From positions 192,001 through 256,000 of the forward strand of contig JBBRCZ010000001.1 of NCBI GenBank assembly GCA_038204425.1: a DNA stretch of 64,000 bases, given 5' to 3'. A program made the position numbers and the translations under genes. This document shows, one piece after another, positions 9,499 to 18,934 of this stretch. The notes beneath the pieces are model-generated. The model was not told the DNA's origin. It saw nothing but the letters and a program-made list of their open reading frames with translations, and did not search any database. The DNA comes from Spirochaetia bacterium (lineage in GTDB: Bacteria; Spirochaetota; Spirochaetia; DSM-27196; Salinispiraceae). The first letter of the stretch is position 1; each line of letters opens with the position of its first letter.

Positions 9499-10938
9499 AT
9501 GGCGTTTGAAATTCGAGAATCACTGAGTTACGACGATGTACTGTTGCTGCCCGGTTACTCCGATGTCCTACCCGGTGAAGCCAAGATTGGTGTAGACCTC
9601 GTACCCGGCGTCCATCTCAATGTGCCTGTTTTGTCGGCAGCTATGGACACGGTAACAGAGGAACATATGGCTATTGCTATTGCCTTAGAAGGCGGCATGG
9701 GTGTGATTCATCGCAACCTCCCACCTCAAGAGCAAGCAGACCAAGTTGCAAGAGTAAAACGCTACCTCAATTGGATTATCGAGAACCCCATTACGGTTGA
9801 AAGAAGCCAGACCGTGGCAGATGCTTGGGAGATCATGAACAAGCGAGGAATTTCAGGTTTGCCTGTTTTGGAAGAGGGAAGACTTGTAGGAATACTTACA
9901 AGCCGCGACCTCCGATTTTGTCGAGACTACGATCTAAAAATTGGCGACGTAATGACGATCAATCCGATTGTTGAATCAGGCAGCCCGACTTTGGCAAGTG
10001 CACAACAGAAATTTGACAGTCACAAAATTGAGAAACTACCTGTAATTGACTCAAAAGGAATTTTGACTGGCTTGATTACGGTTAAAGACATGGAAAAGCA
10101 CCGTAATCATCCCAAGGCCGCAGTAGATGCAACTGGTAGATTATTGGTAGCTGCTGCCGTTAGTCCGAGCGACTTAAAAAAAAGAATGGAACTCTTGGTC
10201 GCCGCACGGGTTGACATGGTTGTCATGGACACGGCGCATGGTGAGAGTAAGCAAGTACTGGATTCAGTTAAGTTTATTAAGGAACACTATGGTGTTCCAG
10301 TAGTTGCTGGAAACGTGGCAACTGCCGAAGGCGCAGAACGGCTTGCCTTGGCTGGCGCAGATGCAATTAAGGTAGGTGTTGGTCCTGGAAGCATATGTAC
10401 TACTCGAATCGTTGCTGGCGTTGGTGTCCCTCAGTTTAGTGCAGTTCTTTGGGCTGCTGAGGCAGCCAGAGCGTTAGGTAAGACAGTGATAGCGGATGGT
10501 GGCATCAAGTATTCTGGTGACATAGTCAAGGCGATTGCGGCCGGCGCAAGTGCCGTGATGCTGGGAAATCTTTTGGCGGGACTAAAAGAAAGTCCTGGAC
10601 GAGAAATTTTCTATGAAGGTCGAATATTCAAGTCCTATCGAGGCATGGGAAGTTTGGGCGCTATCAAACGAGGCAGTGGCGATCGTTACCAAATGGCAGA
10701 GGGTGAAGAGCCAGTACCAGAAGGTGTGGAAGGAAGAGTGCCCTACAAGGGTGAACTTCAACCTTTCTTGCATCAACTAGTGACTGGTCTAAAAAAAGGT
10801 ATGGGTTATACAGGATCCAAAGATATTGTAAGCTTGCAGAATTATGGACAGTTTGTAAGGATTTCCTCTGCAGGACTTAGAGAGAGTCACGTACATGACG
10901 TATCGATAACCCAGGAAGCCCCAAACTATTCACGATAG
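9499..10938 (+). CDS. guaB: IMP dehydrogenase with CBS pair
   Basis: Motifs [42 protein letters not shown] before ATG 9499 (TTG 9490 is an alternative start). Confidence 0.97.
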   Translation: MAFEIRESLSYDDVLLLPGYSDVLPGEAKIGVDLVPGVHLNVPVLSAAMDTVTEEHMAIAIALEGGMGVIHRNLPPQEQADQVARVKRYLNWIIENPITVERSQTVADAWEIMNKRGISGLPVLEEGRLVGILTSRDLRFCRDYDLKIGDVMTINPIVESGSPTLASAQQKFDSHKIEKLPVIDSKGILTGLITVKDMEKHRNHPKAAVDATGRLLVAAAVSPSDLKKRMELLVAARVDMVVMDTAHGESKQVLDSVKFIKEHYGVPVVAGNVATAEGAERLALAGADAIKVGVGPGSICTTRIVAGVGVPQFSAVLWAAEAARALGKTVIADGGIKYSGDIVKAIAAGASAVMLGNLLAGLKESPGREIFYEGRIFKSYRGMGSLGAIKRGSGDRYQMAEGEEPVPEGVEGRVPYKGELQPFLHQLVTGLKKGMGYTGSKDIVSLQNYGQFVRISSAGLRESHVHDVSITQEAPNYSR

Positions 10939-10986
10939 TAGATAACAAAAAAAGGCCCTCTAACGGCAATACTAAGGATAACAACA

Positions 10987-12222
10987 ATGAATTTGACAGT
11001 AATTGGAGCCCAATGGGGCGATGAAGGAAAAGGAAAAATAGTCGACTTTCTTGCATCAGAGGCAGATGTAATCATTCGTTTCTCTGGTGGCGCAAATGCT
11101 GGGCACACGATCGTAATTGGTGATGTAAAGTATGCTGTTCACCTTATACCTTCGGGAATACTCTACCCGCAAAAGACCGTAATACTCGGTATCGGCATGG
11201 TAATTGACGTTGAGAGTATGTTCAAGGAGCTTTCGGACCTAGAAAAGCAAGGGATAAAGTGGCAAGGCCGAACCTTTGTTTCTGACCGAGCACACATCGT
11301 CTTGCCCGGATATAAAGACTTAGACAAAAAGCAGGATCAAACCCGCAAACGGCCAATAGGAACAACCGGCAGGGGGATTGGTGTCGCCTATTCTCTCAAG
11401 AGTGCTCGGGATGGAATTCGTGTAGCCGACCTTTTTGACGATGATTTGATTGAATCTCTTTCGCCTGAAGACCGGGAATATGTCTTGAAGAATCGAGAAC
11501 AATTGCGTCCGTTAATCATTGATTTGACGACGTGGATGTATGAAAAACAGCCCGCTAGGATTCTTCTAGAAGGAGCTCAGGGGGTACTACTAGACTTGGA
11601 TCTTGGTACTTACCCATTTGTATCTTCAGGAATTTCTGCAGCGGCTGGTGCTGCGCTCGGCGCCGGTATTGGTCCTCGCGATATCGATGGAGTACTAGGT
11701 GTATTTAAGGCATATTCGACCCGAGTTGGTAACGGACCATTTCCTTCTGAATTCTTGGAAGACAGAGATGGAAAACTTGGAGAAGAGATTAGAACGCTAG
11801 GCAAGGAATATGGTGTAACAACCGGTCGTCCACGTCGTTGCGGGTATTTGGATTTGGTGGCCTTGAAATACGCTTGCCTTTCCAATGGGATAGATGGTCT
11901 GGTGCTAACAAAAATTGATATTTATGATGGTTTTGATGAAATTCAAGCCTGTGTTGGCTACGAAGTGGATGGGAAAGTAATTGATACTTTTCCTGCAAGT
12001 ATCAAAGACTTGATGACCGCCAAACCTGTACTCAAGAAGTTTAGAGGTTGGAAGCGACCTCTATCGGCCATCAAGTCCTTTCAAGACCTTCCTCAAGAAG
12101 CTATTAGTTATATTTCATATATTGAAGAATATACGCGCACGCCAGTTACCATTGTATCCGTTGGGAGCGAACGGAATCAGACTATGATTAGACAAGATCC
12201 GTGGAATCAATACGAAAGATAG
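10987..12222 (+). CDS. purA: adenylosuccinate synthetase
   Basis: Motifs GAQWGDEGKGK, GGANAGHT, GTTGRGIG, TTGRPRRCG. Confidence 0.97.
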   Translation: MNLTVIGAQWGDEGKGKIVDFLASEADVIIRFSGGANAGHTIVIGDVKYAVHLIPSGILYPQKTVILGIGMVIDVESMFKELSDLEKQGIKWQGRTFVSDRAHIVLPGYKDLDKKQDQTRKRPIGTTGRGIGVAYSLKSARDGIRVADLFDDDLIESLSPEDREYVLKNREQLRPLIIDLTTWMYEKQPARILLEGAQGVLLDLDLGTYPFVSSGISAAAGAALGAGIGPRDIDGVLGVFKAYSTRVGNGPFPSEFLEDRDGKLGEEIRTLGKEYGVTTGRPRRCGYLDLVALKYACLSNGIDGLVLTKIDIYDGFDEIQACVGYEVDGKVIDTFPASIKDLMTAKPVLKKFRGWKRPLSAIKSFQDLPQEAISYISYIEEYTRTPVTIVSVGSERNQTMIRQDPWNQYER

Positions 12223-12269
12223 GTCTTGTGGGTGACGGCTTTTAAAACTGAACAGATGTAAAAGGAAAT

Positions 12270-13898
12270 ATGATGGACACGCTTTTGATTTTTGATTTTG
12301 GCAGCCAGACGAGCCAGCTGATTGCTCGGCGGCTTAGAGACCAGGGCTACTTTGCCAGGATCGTTGCCGGTGATTGTACTTGTCAGGAAGCGGGTATAGA
12401 TGGCTCCATCAAAGGAATAATCCTATCTGGTTCTCCTTTTTCGGTTTACGAAAAAGATGCTCCAAAATTGGATCAAGACGTCTTTAAACAAGGGATACCG
12501 ATCCTTGGTATCTGTTATGGCCTTCAGCGCATCACTCAAGACTTAGGTGGGAGCGTCGAACCTCGCCATACACGCGAGTATGGGCGCGCCTCCCTTCAAA
12601 AAAAAAATGAACACTTGTTGCTCAAGGACATTCGAGATGGCTTTCAGTCGTGGATGAGCCATGGTGATAGCATTCAGAAATTGCCACATGGCTTTGAAGT
12701 GGCATGGGAAAGCGAACACGGAATTCCTGCCATGGCTTTTCTTGACACTAAAACAATTGCTGGTCAGGAAACAGCAAAAAAGTTTGGAATTTCGGCGCCA
12801 CTAATGGGAATTCAGTTTCATCCAGAAGTTAGCCATTGCGAGTCGGGTCAATCTATCTTGCATAACTTTGCTGAGCAGATTTGCTCAATGAAACGAGAAT
12901 GGGATGTTTCCTACTATCTAGAAGAAGCCAAACAAGTCATTGCTGAGACCATTTTGGCGCGGTCAGAACTACAAGGCACCGGTGCAGAGGTGCTGCTGCT
13001 TATCTCGGGCGGTGTGGATTCGACAGTACTTGGGGCGCTGCTTTTGAAAACGATGGATCCAGACAAACTTCATTTGCTTTACGTCGACACCGGCATGATG
13101 CGCAATGCAGAAACTGATGAAGTCAAAGAGACCCTAAAAAGTTTAGGCGCCAAGCACGTGCATATTGTTCATGCCGAAAATGACTTCTTGGGTCAATTGG
13201 CAGGAAAGTCTGATCCGGAGGAAAAAAGGCAGATCATCGGAGACCTGTTTATCACTATCCAAAACAGAGAAATCGTTAGACTCGGCTTAGGTTCGGCTTA
13301 TTTACTGGCACAAGGTACTCTATATACCGACTTAATCGAGAGCGGAAAGGGCGTTGGAAAACATGCTGCCGTTATAAAAAGTCACCATAATGTTCGTTCG
13401 CCACTCGTTGAATCACTTCGTAACGAAGGGCGTATTATCGAACCCCTAGCCAAACTCTACAAGGACGAGGTTAGGGCACTTGGTAAAGCTCTGGGCCTGT
13501 CCCCAAAAATCGTTTGGCGTCATCCATTTCCCGGTCCCGGACTTGCAGTAAGAATTCTAGGCGAAGTCGATCGCGAGAAGTGCGCTATCTTGCGAGCAGC
13601 AGACAAAATTTTTATAGACGAATTGCACAAACGTGAACTTTACCATTCGATTTGGCAAGCATTTTGTGTCTTGCTTCCAGTGCGTTCTGTAGGAGTTGCG
13701 GGCGACATGAGGGGCTACGGCTACGTGCTTGCTTTACGAGCTATTGTCAGTTCTGATGGGATGACGGCCGACGTCTATCCTTTTGAAATGAAAGACATTC
13801 TCGAAATTTCGGGTCTGATTACCAATCAAATCAAAGCAATTGGAAGAGTGGTCTATGACATCTCTTCCAAGCCACCTGCAACCATCGAGTGGGAGTAA
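12270..13898 (+). CDS. guaA: GMP synthase (glutamine-hydrolysing)
   Basis: Motifs DFGSQ, GICYG, QFHPEV, SGGVDS, IKSHHN, HPFPGPGL, SKPPATIEWE. Confidence 0.97.
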   Translation: MMDTLLIFDFGSQTSQLIARRLRDQGYFARIVAGDCTCQEAGIDGSIKGIILSGSPFSVYEKDAPKLDQDVFKQGIPILGICYGLQRITQDLGGSVEPRHTREYGRASLQKKNEHLLLKDIRDGFQSWMSHGDSIQKLPHGFEVAWESEHGIPAMAFLDTKTIAGQETAKKFGISAPLMGIQFHPEVSHCESGQSILHNFAEQICSMKREWDVSYYLEEAKQVIAETILARSELQGTGAEVLLLISGGVDSTVLGALLLKTMDPDKLHLLYVDTGMMRNAETDEVKETLKSLGAKHVHIVHAENDFLGQLAGKSDPEEKRQIIGDLFITIQNREIVRLGLGSAYLLAQGTLYTDLIESGKGVGKHAAVIKSHHNVRSPLVESLRNEGRIIEPLAKLYKDEVRALGKALGLSPKIVWRHPFPGPGLAVRILGEVDREKCAILRAADKIFIDELHKRELYHSIWQAFCVLLPVRSVGVAGDMRGYGYVLALRAIVSSDGMTADVYPFEMKDILEISGLITNQIKAIGRVVYDISSKPPATIEWE

Positions 13899-14855
13899 CT
13901 AACCAACTCTTTTGAGCGAACTGGATTCCCATGGTGCAAGCAAGGGTAGCGCATGAAAAAATTCATCAAGCAGTTTGCTTTCGTAGATTCCTTGGTAGCT
14001 ACCCTCGATAACTTTTTGCCAAGCTTCGTTGTTGAGACGTTCCCAACACTCAGTTTCTCGCTTTGGTATTATTGGAAAAAAAGGAACGCCGGCTGATCTC
14101 GCTGCTTCGAAATCTGAAGGTGAATCCCCTAAAAACAGTACAAGGTCAGATTTGGCTAGTTCTTGTTTAAGTATAAGTTCTTTTTTGCCAGCTTCTTGTC
14201 CGTATATATTGCTCACTTTGTCGGCAAGTCCAGCTTCGTTCCATTGGCGATTTAGTAAAAAGAGCGGACTCTGAGATATTACCACCATTTTTAAAGACAA
14301 GTCCTGACTAGTTTGGGTAATGTTTCTTATAAATGGTGCGGCTGATGCAAAAGTATCGGCGCTGCTCAGCCAAAGTTTGGCATATTCGTTGACCTGCTTT
14401 GACCAAGTCAGACACAATTCCAGTTCCTCGATGTTTTCTCTTGTAGTAGCCTCAGCACCGGCACCGGCATTGTTAAAAAACCGCTCTCTCAAATATTTTA
14501 CTTCCGCTTCCAAGGATTCGTTTGACATTGGGTTTCCAGAATTGATCCAGCGTTTTAGGGCGGAAAGCTCAGGAAGAATAGCCGACATTACGCTGGGGAA
14601 TTTTTTTAACACAGGGTGGCGTCTCAACTCTTCAAAACTGCGATAAAGGCCTTCAAATCGGTTTAGGCCCCTATCTCTTGAGTATAGGTTGACGAAGCAC
14701 CAAATTTCTTCTACGAGGCTAGAAATATGGTCAAGGTTAAATACCTCGATTAGTGCCGGGACAAAGGCTCTACGGTGTTTGACCTCCATTGTATCAAAAA
14801 CACAGCCATCAGAATCCATGGCGAGACAGATCCTTCTTTTCTCCAGTTTAGGCAT
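13899..14855 (-). CDS. HAD-superfamily hydrolase
   Basis: Motif I DSDGCVFD, motif IV LGDSPSD; SD AAGGGAG. Confidence 0.85.
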   Translation of the reverse strand: MPKLEKRRICLAMDSDGCVFDTMEVKHRRAFVPALIEVFNLDHISSLVEEIWCFVNLYSRDRGLNRFEGLYRSFEELRRHPVLKKFPSVMSAILPELSALKRWINSGNPMSNESLEAEVKYLRERFFNNAGAGAEATTRENIEELELCLTWSKQVNEYAKLWLSSADTFASAAPFIRNITQTSQDLSLKMVVISQSPLFLLNRQWNEAGLADKVSNIYGQEAGKKELILKQELAKSDLVLFLGDSPSDFEAARSAGVPFFPIIPKRETECWERLNNEAWQKVIEGSYQGIYESKLLDEFFHALPLLAPWESSSLKRVG

Positions 14856-14926
14856 TGCGACTTCTCCCTTTGTAATTTATCGTCTCAATGCTTGCCTATC
14901 ATTACCTACTGACATAAACTATTTGC

Positions 14927-15307
14927 ATGATCCAAGAAATGACTATTGGTTTTAAAAAACTAGCATTGCAAGCTCGAATTGGTGTAAACGATCAAGAAAA
15001 GTTGGCAACACAAACCCTTTTTGTAAGTGTAAAGCTCAACTACCCGCCGGTGAACGTGGCTTGGTTTAATCATCATGATGCGATGGAAAAAGCCTTTGAC
15101 TACAGTGAACTTGCTTCTAAGCTCAAAGTTCTTTTTTTGGAAAGCCATCACGACGTTTTGGAACACCTGCTTCATAAGTCACTTGCACTTATATTGAAAC
15201 TTTTTCCAGATAGTACCAAGATTCACTTGAGTATTTCCAAGCCAAAAGCAATTTCTGATGCCGAGGCGGCTTTCTCCAGTCTAAAGTGGTCACGAGACAG
15301 CTTGTAA
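14927..15307 (+). CDS. folB: dihydroneopterin aldolase
   Basis: Motifs ARIGVNDQEK..Q, DYSEL, LEHL, SKPKA. Upstream TTGCCT-17-TAAACT lies 6 nt before ATG. Confidence 0.8.
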   Translation: MIQEMTIGFKKLALQARIGVNDQEKLATQTLFVSVKLNYPPVNVAWFNHHDAMEKAFDYSELASKLKVLFLESHHDVLEHLLHKSLALILKLFPDSTKIHLSISKPKAISDAEAAFSSLKWSRDSL

Positions 15308-15363
15308 GTCATATCACAAAACGAGTATAGTAAGCTTTCGAAAATATAAATGAGGAGTGACTT

Positions 15364-15534
15364 ATGGCATATTCTGTAAACAGCAATTGTATAAATTGCG
15401 GCGTATGTGAACCTGAATGTCCTGTAGAAGCAATTAGTGAAAAGAACGATCTGAGAGTAATTGATGCAGAAGCCTGTACAAGTTGCGGAGCCTGCTCCGA
15501 GGTTTGCCCTGCTGATGCAATTGACGCTGGTTGA
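15364..15534 (+). CDS. 2x[4Fe-4S] clostridial-type ferredoxin (56 aa, absent from ORF track)
   Basis: MAYSVNSNCINCGVCEPECPVEAI...CTSCGACSEVCPADAIDAG with two CxxCxxCxxxCP motifs; SD GAGGAG. Confidence 0.95.
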   Translation: MAYSVNSNCINCGVCEPECPVEAISEKNDLRVIDAEACTSCGACSEVCPADAIDAG

Positions 15535-15546
15535 TAGATGACGGTT

Positions 15547-15580
15547 GCGGTCATTGTTTGAGTGCGTGACCGCTTTGCTT
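15547..15580 (+). terminator. putative terminator after ferredoxin
   Basis: GCGGTCA/TGACCGC stem followed by TTTGCTT. Confidence 0.45.
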
Positions 15581-15674
15581 GCAATTAAGCCAGCATTTTG
15601 ATATAAGTTTTGAACTATTTTTTTGACTGTATCGAAAATAGATTTGTTGGATAGATTATACTGAGGAGTTACAG

Positions 15675-15848
15675 ATGGCTGGACAAAATATTTCTAAGAA
15701 TGCACGTCGCGGTGAATCGCAAGACCTTATGAGCCGATGGGGTGGCAAGATTCTTATGAAGTCCATTTTTGAGAATGGTAAGATTAGACACTATGCTGTC
15801 TGCGAAAAGAGCGGCAACCAAGCACGTAAACCGCGTGATTTAATGTAA
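15675..15848 (+). CDS. small basic hypothetical protein (57 aa, absent from ORF track)
   Basis: SD GAGGAG 6 nt before ATG; MAGQNISKNARRGESQDLMSRWGGKILMKSIFENGKIRHYAVCEKSGNQARKPRDLM. Confidence 0.75.
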   Translation: MAGQNISKNARRGESQDLMSRWGGKILMKSIFENGKIRHYAVCEKSGNQARKPRDLM

Positions 15849-15868
15849 TTCTATCCGCGCTATAAGCA

Positions 15869-16399
15869 ATGATTTTATCCGGTAAAGAAATTAGAAAAAG
15901 GCTCAATAAAGACATAGTAATTGAGCCTTTTGTTGCCGATCAACTAAATCCCAATTCTTATAACTTAAGACTTCACCATGAGTTGCTTGTCTATGATGAA
16001 GCTGTTTTGGACATGAAAAAGCCAAATCAGTTTCATACAATAAGCATTCCAGCTGAAGGCGTATTGATAGAGCCTGGTAGGCTTTATCTCGGGCGCACTT
16101 TGGAATATACCGCCACTGATAACCTTGTGCCGATGCTCGAAGGAAGATCAAGTGTCGGTAGGTTGGGTTTATTTGTGCACATTACGGCCGGTTTTGGTGA
16201 TGTTGGATTTAAGGGGTTTTGGACTCTTGAAATAATGTGTGCCCAAGCAATTAAGATCTATGCGGGTGTTGAGATCTGTCAAATATTTTACCACACTATA
16301 GAAGGCGAATACGACAGCTACGAAAAAGGTAAGTATCAAAACAACACCGGAATACAGCCTTCCTTTCTTTTTAAAGACTTTTCAAAAAAACAAAATTAG
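15869..16399 (+). CDS. dcd: dCTP deaminase
   Basis: Motifs NPNSYNLRL, EGRSSVGRLG, TAGFGDVGFKG, GKYQ. Confidence 0.93.
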   Translation: MILSGKEIRKRLNKDIVIEPFVADQLNPNSYNLRLHHELLVYDEAVLDMKKPNQFHTISIPAEGVLIEPGRLYLGRTLEYTATDNLVPMLEGRSSVGRLGLFVHITAGFGDVGFKGFWTLEIMCAQAIKIYAGVEICQIFYHTIEGEYDSYEKGKYQNNTGIQPSFLFKDFSKKQN

Positions 16400-16453
16400 T
16401 GCTTCTTGCAGACCATTGGGTGATGTACTACGATTCAGGTAGGGAGATCGAGC

Positions 16454-17377
16454 ATGGCTAGTGGATTGTACAGACTAATTACGCGCAGCGACTTTGATGG
16501 ACTTGTCTGTGCGGTTTTGTTAAAAGACCGACAACTAATTAACGAGATAAAATTTGTTCATCCAAAAGACATGCAAGACAATCTGATACCAGTCACTGAC
16601 AAAGACATTACTACTAATTTGCCTTATGTGCCTGGGGTATATTTGGCATTTGACCACCATTTTTCTGAGACGATACGAAACAAGCCCGCTTTAAATCACA
16701 TAATCGAGGCCAGTGCTCCTTCTGCGGCGCGAGTTGTCTACAACTATTACGGTGGGCCAGACGTTTTTAAGACCATATCGGAAGACATGATGCATGCAGT
16801 CGACAAAGCTGACAGTGCTCAGTTTAATCTCGAAGAAGTCTTGAATCCAGAAAGGTGGGTTCTGTTAAATTTCATAATGGATGCCAGAACCGGTTTAGGT
16901 AGATTTAAGAATTTTCGAATTTCAAACTATCAGTTGATGATGGACCTGATTGACTACTGCAAAGACCACGGCATAGACGATATTCTCAACTTAAAAGATG
17001 TAGGAGAGAGGATAGAGTTGTATTTTTCTCACCAGAATTTATTTAGAGAACAAATTCGGCGCTGCGCTAAACTAGAGGGAAACGTACTTGTGCTCGACCT
17101 TATTGATGAGGAAATCATATATGCTGGAAATCGATTCGTAAAATACGCGCTCTTTCCCGAAGCAAATGTATCGGTAACCAAGATTTGGGGCTATCAACAC
17201 CAAAATACCGTGTTTACTGTTGGAAGATCCATATTTAATCGAAGCTCGCAGAAGAACATTGGTGAGCTAATGCTTAAATTCGGTGGTGGTGGTCATGCTG
17301 CAGCAGGAACATGTCAAATAGAGGGGCGACCGGAAGATGCTTTTGTGGATATAGTCGCCCAACTCAAAGACCAGTGA
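16454..17377 (+). CDS. DHH/DHHA1 phosphoesterase (nanoRNase/exopolyphosphatase-like)
   Basis: Motifs RSDFDG, FDHH, GGGGHAAAGTCQ. Promoter TTGCAG-17-TACGAT and SD AGGGAG. Confidence 0.85.
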   Translation: MASGLYRLITRSDFDGLVCAVLLKDRQLINEIKFVHPKDMQDNLIPVTDKDITTNLPYVPGVYLAFDHHFSETIRNKPALNHIIEASAPSAARVVYNYYGGPDVFKTISEDMMHAVDKADSAQFNLEEVLNPERWVLLNFIMDARTGLGRFKNFRISNYQLMMDLIDYCKDHGIDDILNLKDVGERIELYFSHQNLFREQIRRCAKLEGNVLVLDLIDEEIIYAGNRFVKYALFPEANVSVTKIWGYQHQNTVFTVGRSIFNRSSQKNIGELMLKFGGGGHAAAGTCQIEGRPEDAFVDIVAQLKDQ

Positions 17378-17436
17378 GCGAGTAATATAGACGATCAGAT
17401 AGGTGTCTGTACTTACTAGTAGCGATGTGATAGTAT

Positions 17437-17509
17437 GGGGAATTAGCTCAGTTGGTAGAGTGGCTGGTTCGCAATCAGCAGGTCAGGGGTTCGATTCCCC
17501 TATTTTCCA
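17437..17509 (+). tRNA. tRNA-Ala (CGC)
   Basis: Cloverleaf with G3.U70, anticodon loop TT-CGC-AA, T loop TTCGATT. CCA not encoded. Confidence 0.92.
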
Positions 17510-17525
17510 AATAAAGAGGTTCACC

Positions 17526-17717
17526 TTGATTATTCCGCTTGATTTACTAGAAAGTGAAGAAAACTACATCTACGAGATTACTTGTGCTGCTATTCGTCGT
17601 GCTTACCAAATTACGGTTACCGGTGATGAAGAAATTGAAAAGAACGAAGGCAAAGTGGTGTCTACTGCTATAAAACAAATTCTAAGCCGCAAAGTGAAGT
17701 ATAGAATTCCTGAATAA
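17526..17717 (+). CDS. rpoZ: RNA polymerase omega subunit (spirochete type)
   Basis: TTG start after SD GAGGT; MIIPLDLL...YEITCAAIRRAYQI...KVVSTAIKQIL; lies just before miaA. Confidence 0.8.
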   Translation: MIIPLDLLESEENYIYEITCAAIRRAYQITVTGDEEIEKNEGKVVSTAIKQILSRKVKYRIPE

Positions 17718-17718
17718 T

Positions 17719-18699
17719 GTGCCTAGACGCCCAGCGTTAGTAATTACCGGCCCAACGGCCGTTGGAAAAAGTCAACTGGTAGAATCATTGCTTGCTCACT
17801 TTCCTGACGCCTTTGAGATTGTTAATGCTGACGCTCTTCAGGTGTACAGAGGCTTGGATATCGGCACGGCCAAGCCAAGTAAAGCGCAGCTTTTGGCTAA
17901 CAAACATCACTTAATTGATATTAGAGACCCCAATCAGAGCTATTCTTTGGGGGATTTTCAAAACGATGCATTGGTCGCTGTCGACCAAATACTGTCTCAA
18001 GGAAAAATCCCTTTGTTATCGGGGGGCACTGCATTTTATATCAAGTATGTTATCAGCGGCTATCTTGAAACTCCACAAGCTTCCCAAGAACTTAAGAACT
18101 ATGTTGAGTCGGCGCTTAAAGCTGGTGGTTTAGACGCACTTTACGTTTTGTTGCAGGAATTAGATCCAGCAAGGGCAGCTCAACTGCACTCCCACGACAA
18201 ACAACGAATTATGAGAAGTTTGGAAATCACACTAGCAAGCGGCAAGAAAAACGCTGAATTTATCCGTGTCAAGACAGACTCACTTTACGATTGTTTGTGT
18301 TTTTGTCTAACAAGGGAAAGATCAGACTTAATCACTAGGATTGCTCAAAGGACCGTGGAAATGTTTGAAGCCGGACTTGGGCAGGAAGTTGAGTCACTGT
18401 TTAGACAAGGTTACAGTCCGTCAAACTCGGCACTCAAAGCTATTGGCTATCAAGAGTTTTTTGTCCAATCAACTGATCAAAAGTATCATCTCCGCTTAGA
18501 TCTGCACGAGATCAAAAAACAAGTTCAAATCCATACTGCCCAATACGCAAAAAGACAAATGACCTTCTTCCGGTCTATTGAATCTTTGCAGTTCATACAA
18601 GCCCCAGTCCGAGAACAATATCTGGCGGAACTTTGGCAAAGTATTAACATGCTAAGAGAGAAAGTCAAAAAATGGCAGGATTGTGTTAACGCGGGTTGA
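17719..18699 (+). CDS. miaA: tRNA dimethylallyltransferase
   Basis: Motifs GPTAVGKS, DALQVYRGLDIGTAKP, GGTAFY, AIGYQE, YAKRQMTF. Confidence 0.95.
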   Translation: MPRRPALVITGPTAVGKSQLVESLLAHFPDAFEIVNADALQVYRGLDIGTAKPSKAQLLANKHHLIDIRDPNQSYSLGDFQNDALVAVDQILSQGKIPLLSGGTAFYIKYVISGYLETPQASQELKNYVESALKAGGLDALYVLLQELDPARAAQLHSHDKQRIMRSLEITLASGKKNAEFIRVKTDSLYDCLCFCLTRERSDLITRIAQRTVEMFEAGLGQEVESLFRQGYSPSNSALKAIGYQEFFVQSTDQKYHLRLDLHEIKKQVQIHTAQYAKRQMTFFRSIESLQFIQAPVREQYLAELWQSINMLREKVKKWQDCVNAG

Positions 18700-18723
18700 C
18701 GCAAGCCTATATTTGAGTATACT
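18696..18723 (+). promoter_or_regulatory. sigma70 promoter upstream of bS22
   Basis: TTGACG-16 nt-TATACT. Confidence 0.6.
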
Positions 18724-18764
18724 AAAGTCACAGTAGGTTTAAGTCGTTTAAGGAGATATATAGC

Positions 18765-18857
18765 GTGCCTTGCGGAAGAAAAAGAAAACTAAAGAAGATT
18801 GCTACTCATAAACGGAAGAAGAAACTCCGTAAAAATCGCCACAAGAAAAACAAATAG
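18765..18857 (+). CDS. 30S ribosomal protein bS22 (AURKAIP1/COX24 family), 30 aa, absent from ORF track
   Basis: GTG start, SD AAGGAG; MPCGRKRKLKKIATHKRKKKLRKNRHKKNK; has its own promoter and terminator. Confidence 0.88.
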   Translation: MPCGRKRKLKKIATHKRKKKLRKNRHKKNK

Positions 18858-18877
18858 TGTTGATTGTTGTGCGCGTC

Positions 18878-18904
18878 AAAAGGCCGGTTTTCCGGCCTTT
18901 TTTT
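18878..18904 (+). terminator. Rho-independent terminator
   Basis: AAAAGGCCGG-tttt-CCGGCCTTTTTTT. Confidence 0.85.
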
Positions 18905-18934
18905 ATTTAATGTACTGATTCATTACTTTATCAT

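Noticed and set aside
2330..12269. Purine, ZMP or THF riboswitches before fol/pur genes
   Set aside because: Leaders are absent or too short and no consensus is visible.
15309..15584. 91-aa minus-strand ORF
   Set aside because: Antisense shadow of the ferredoxin gene.
17403..17525. N-terminal part of the 104-aa ORF
   Set aside because: Translates through tRNA-Ala; the real rpoZ starts at TTG 17526.
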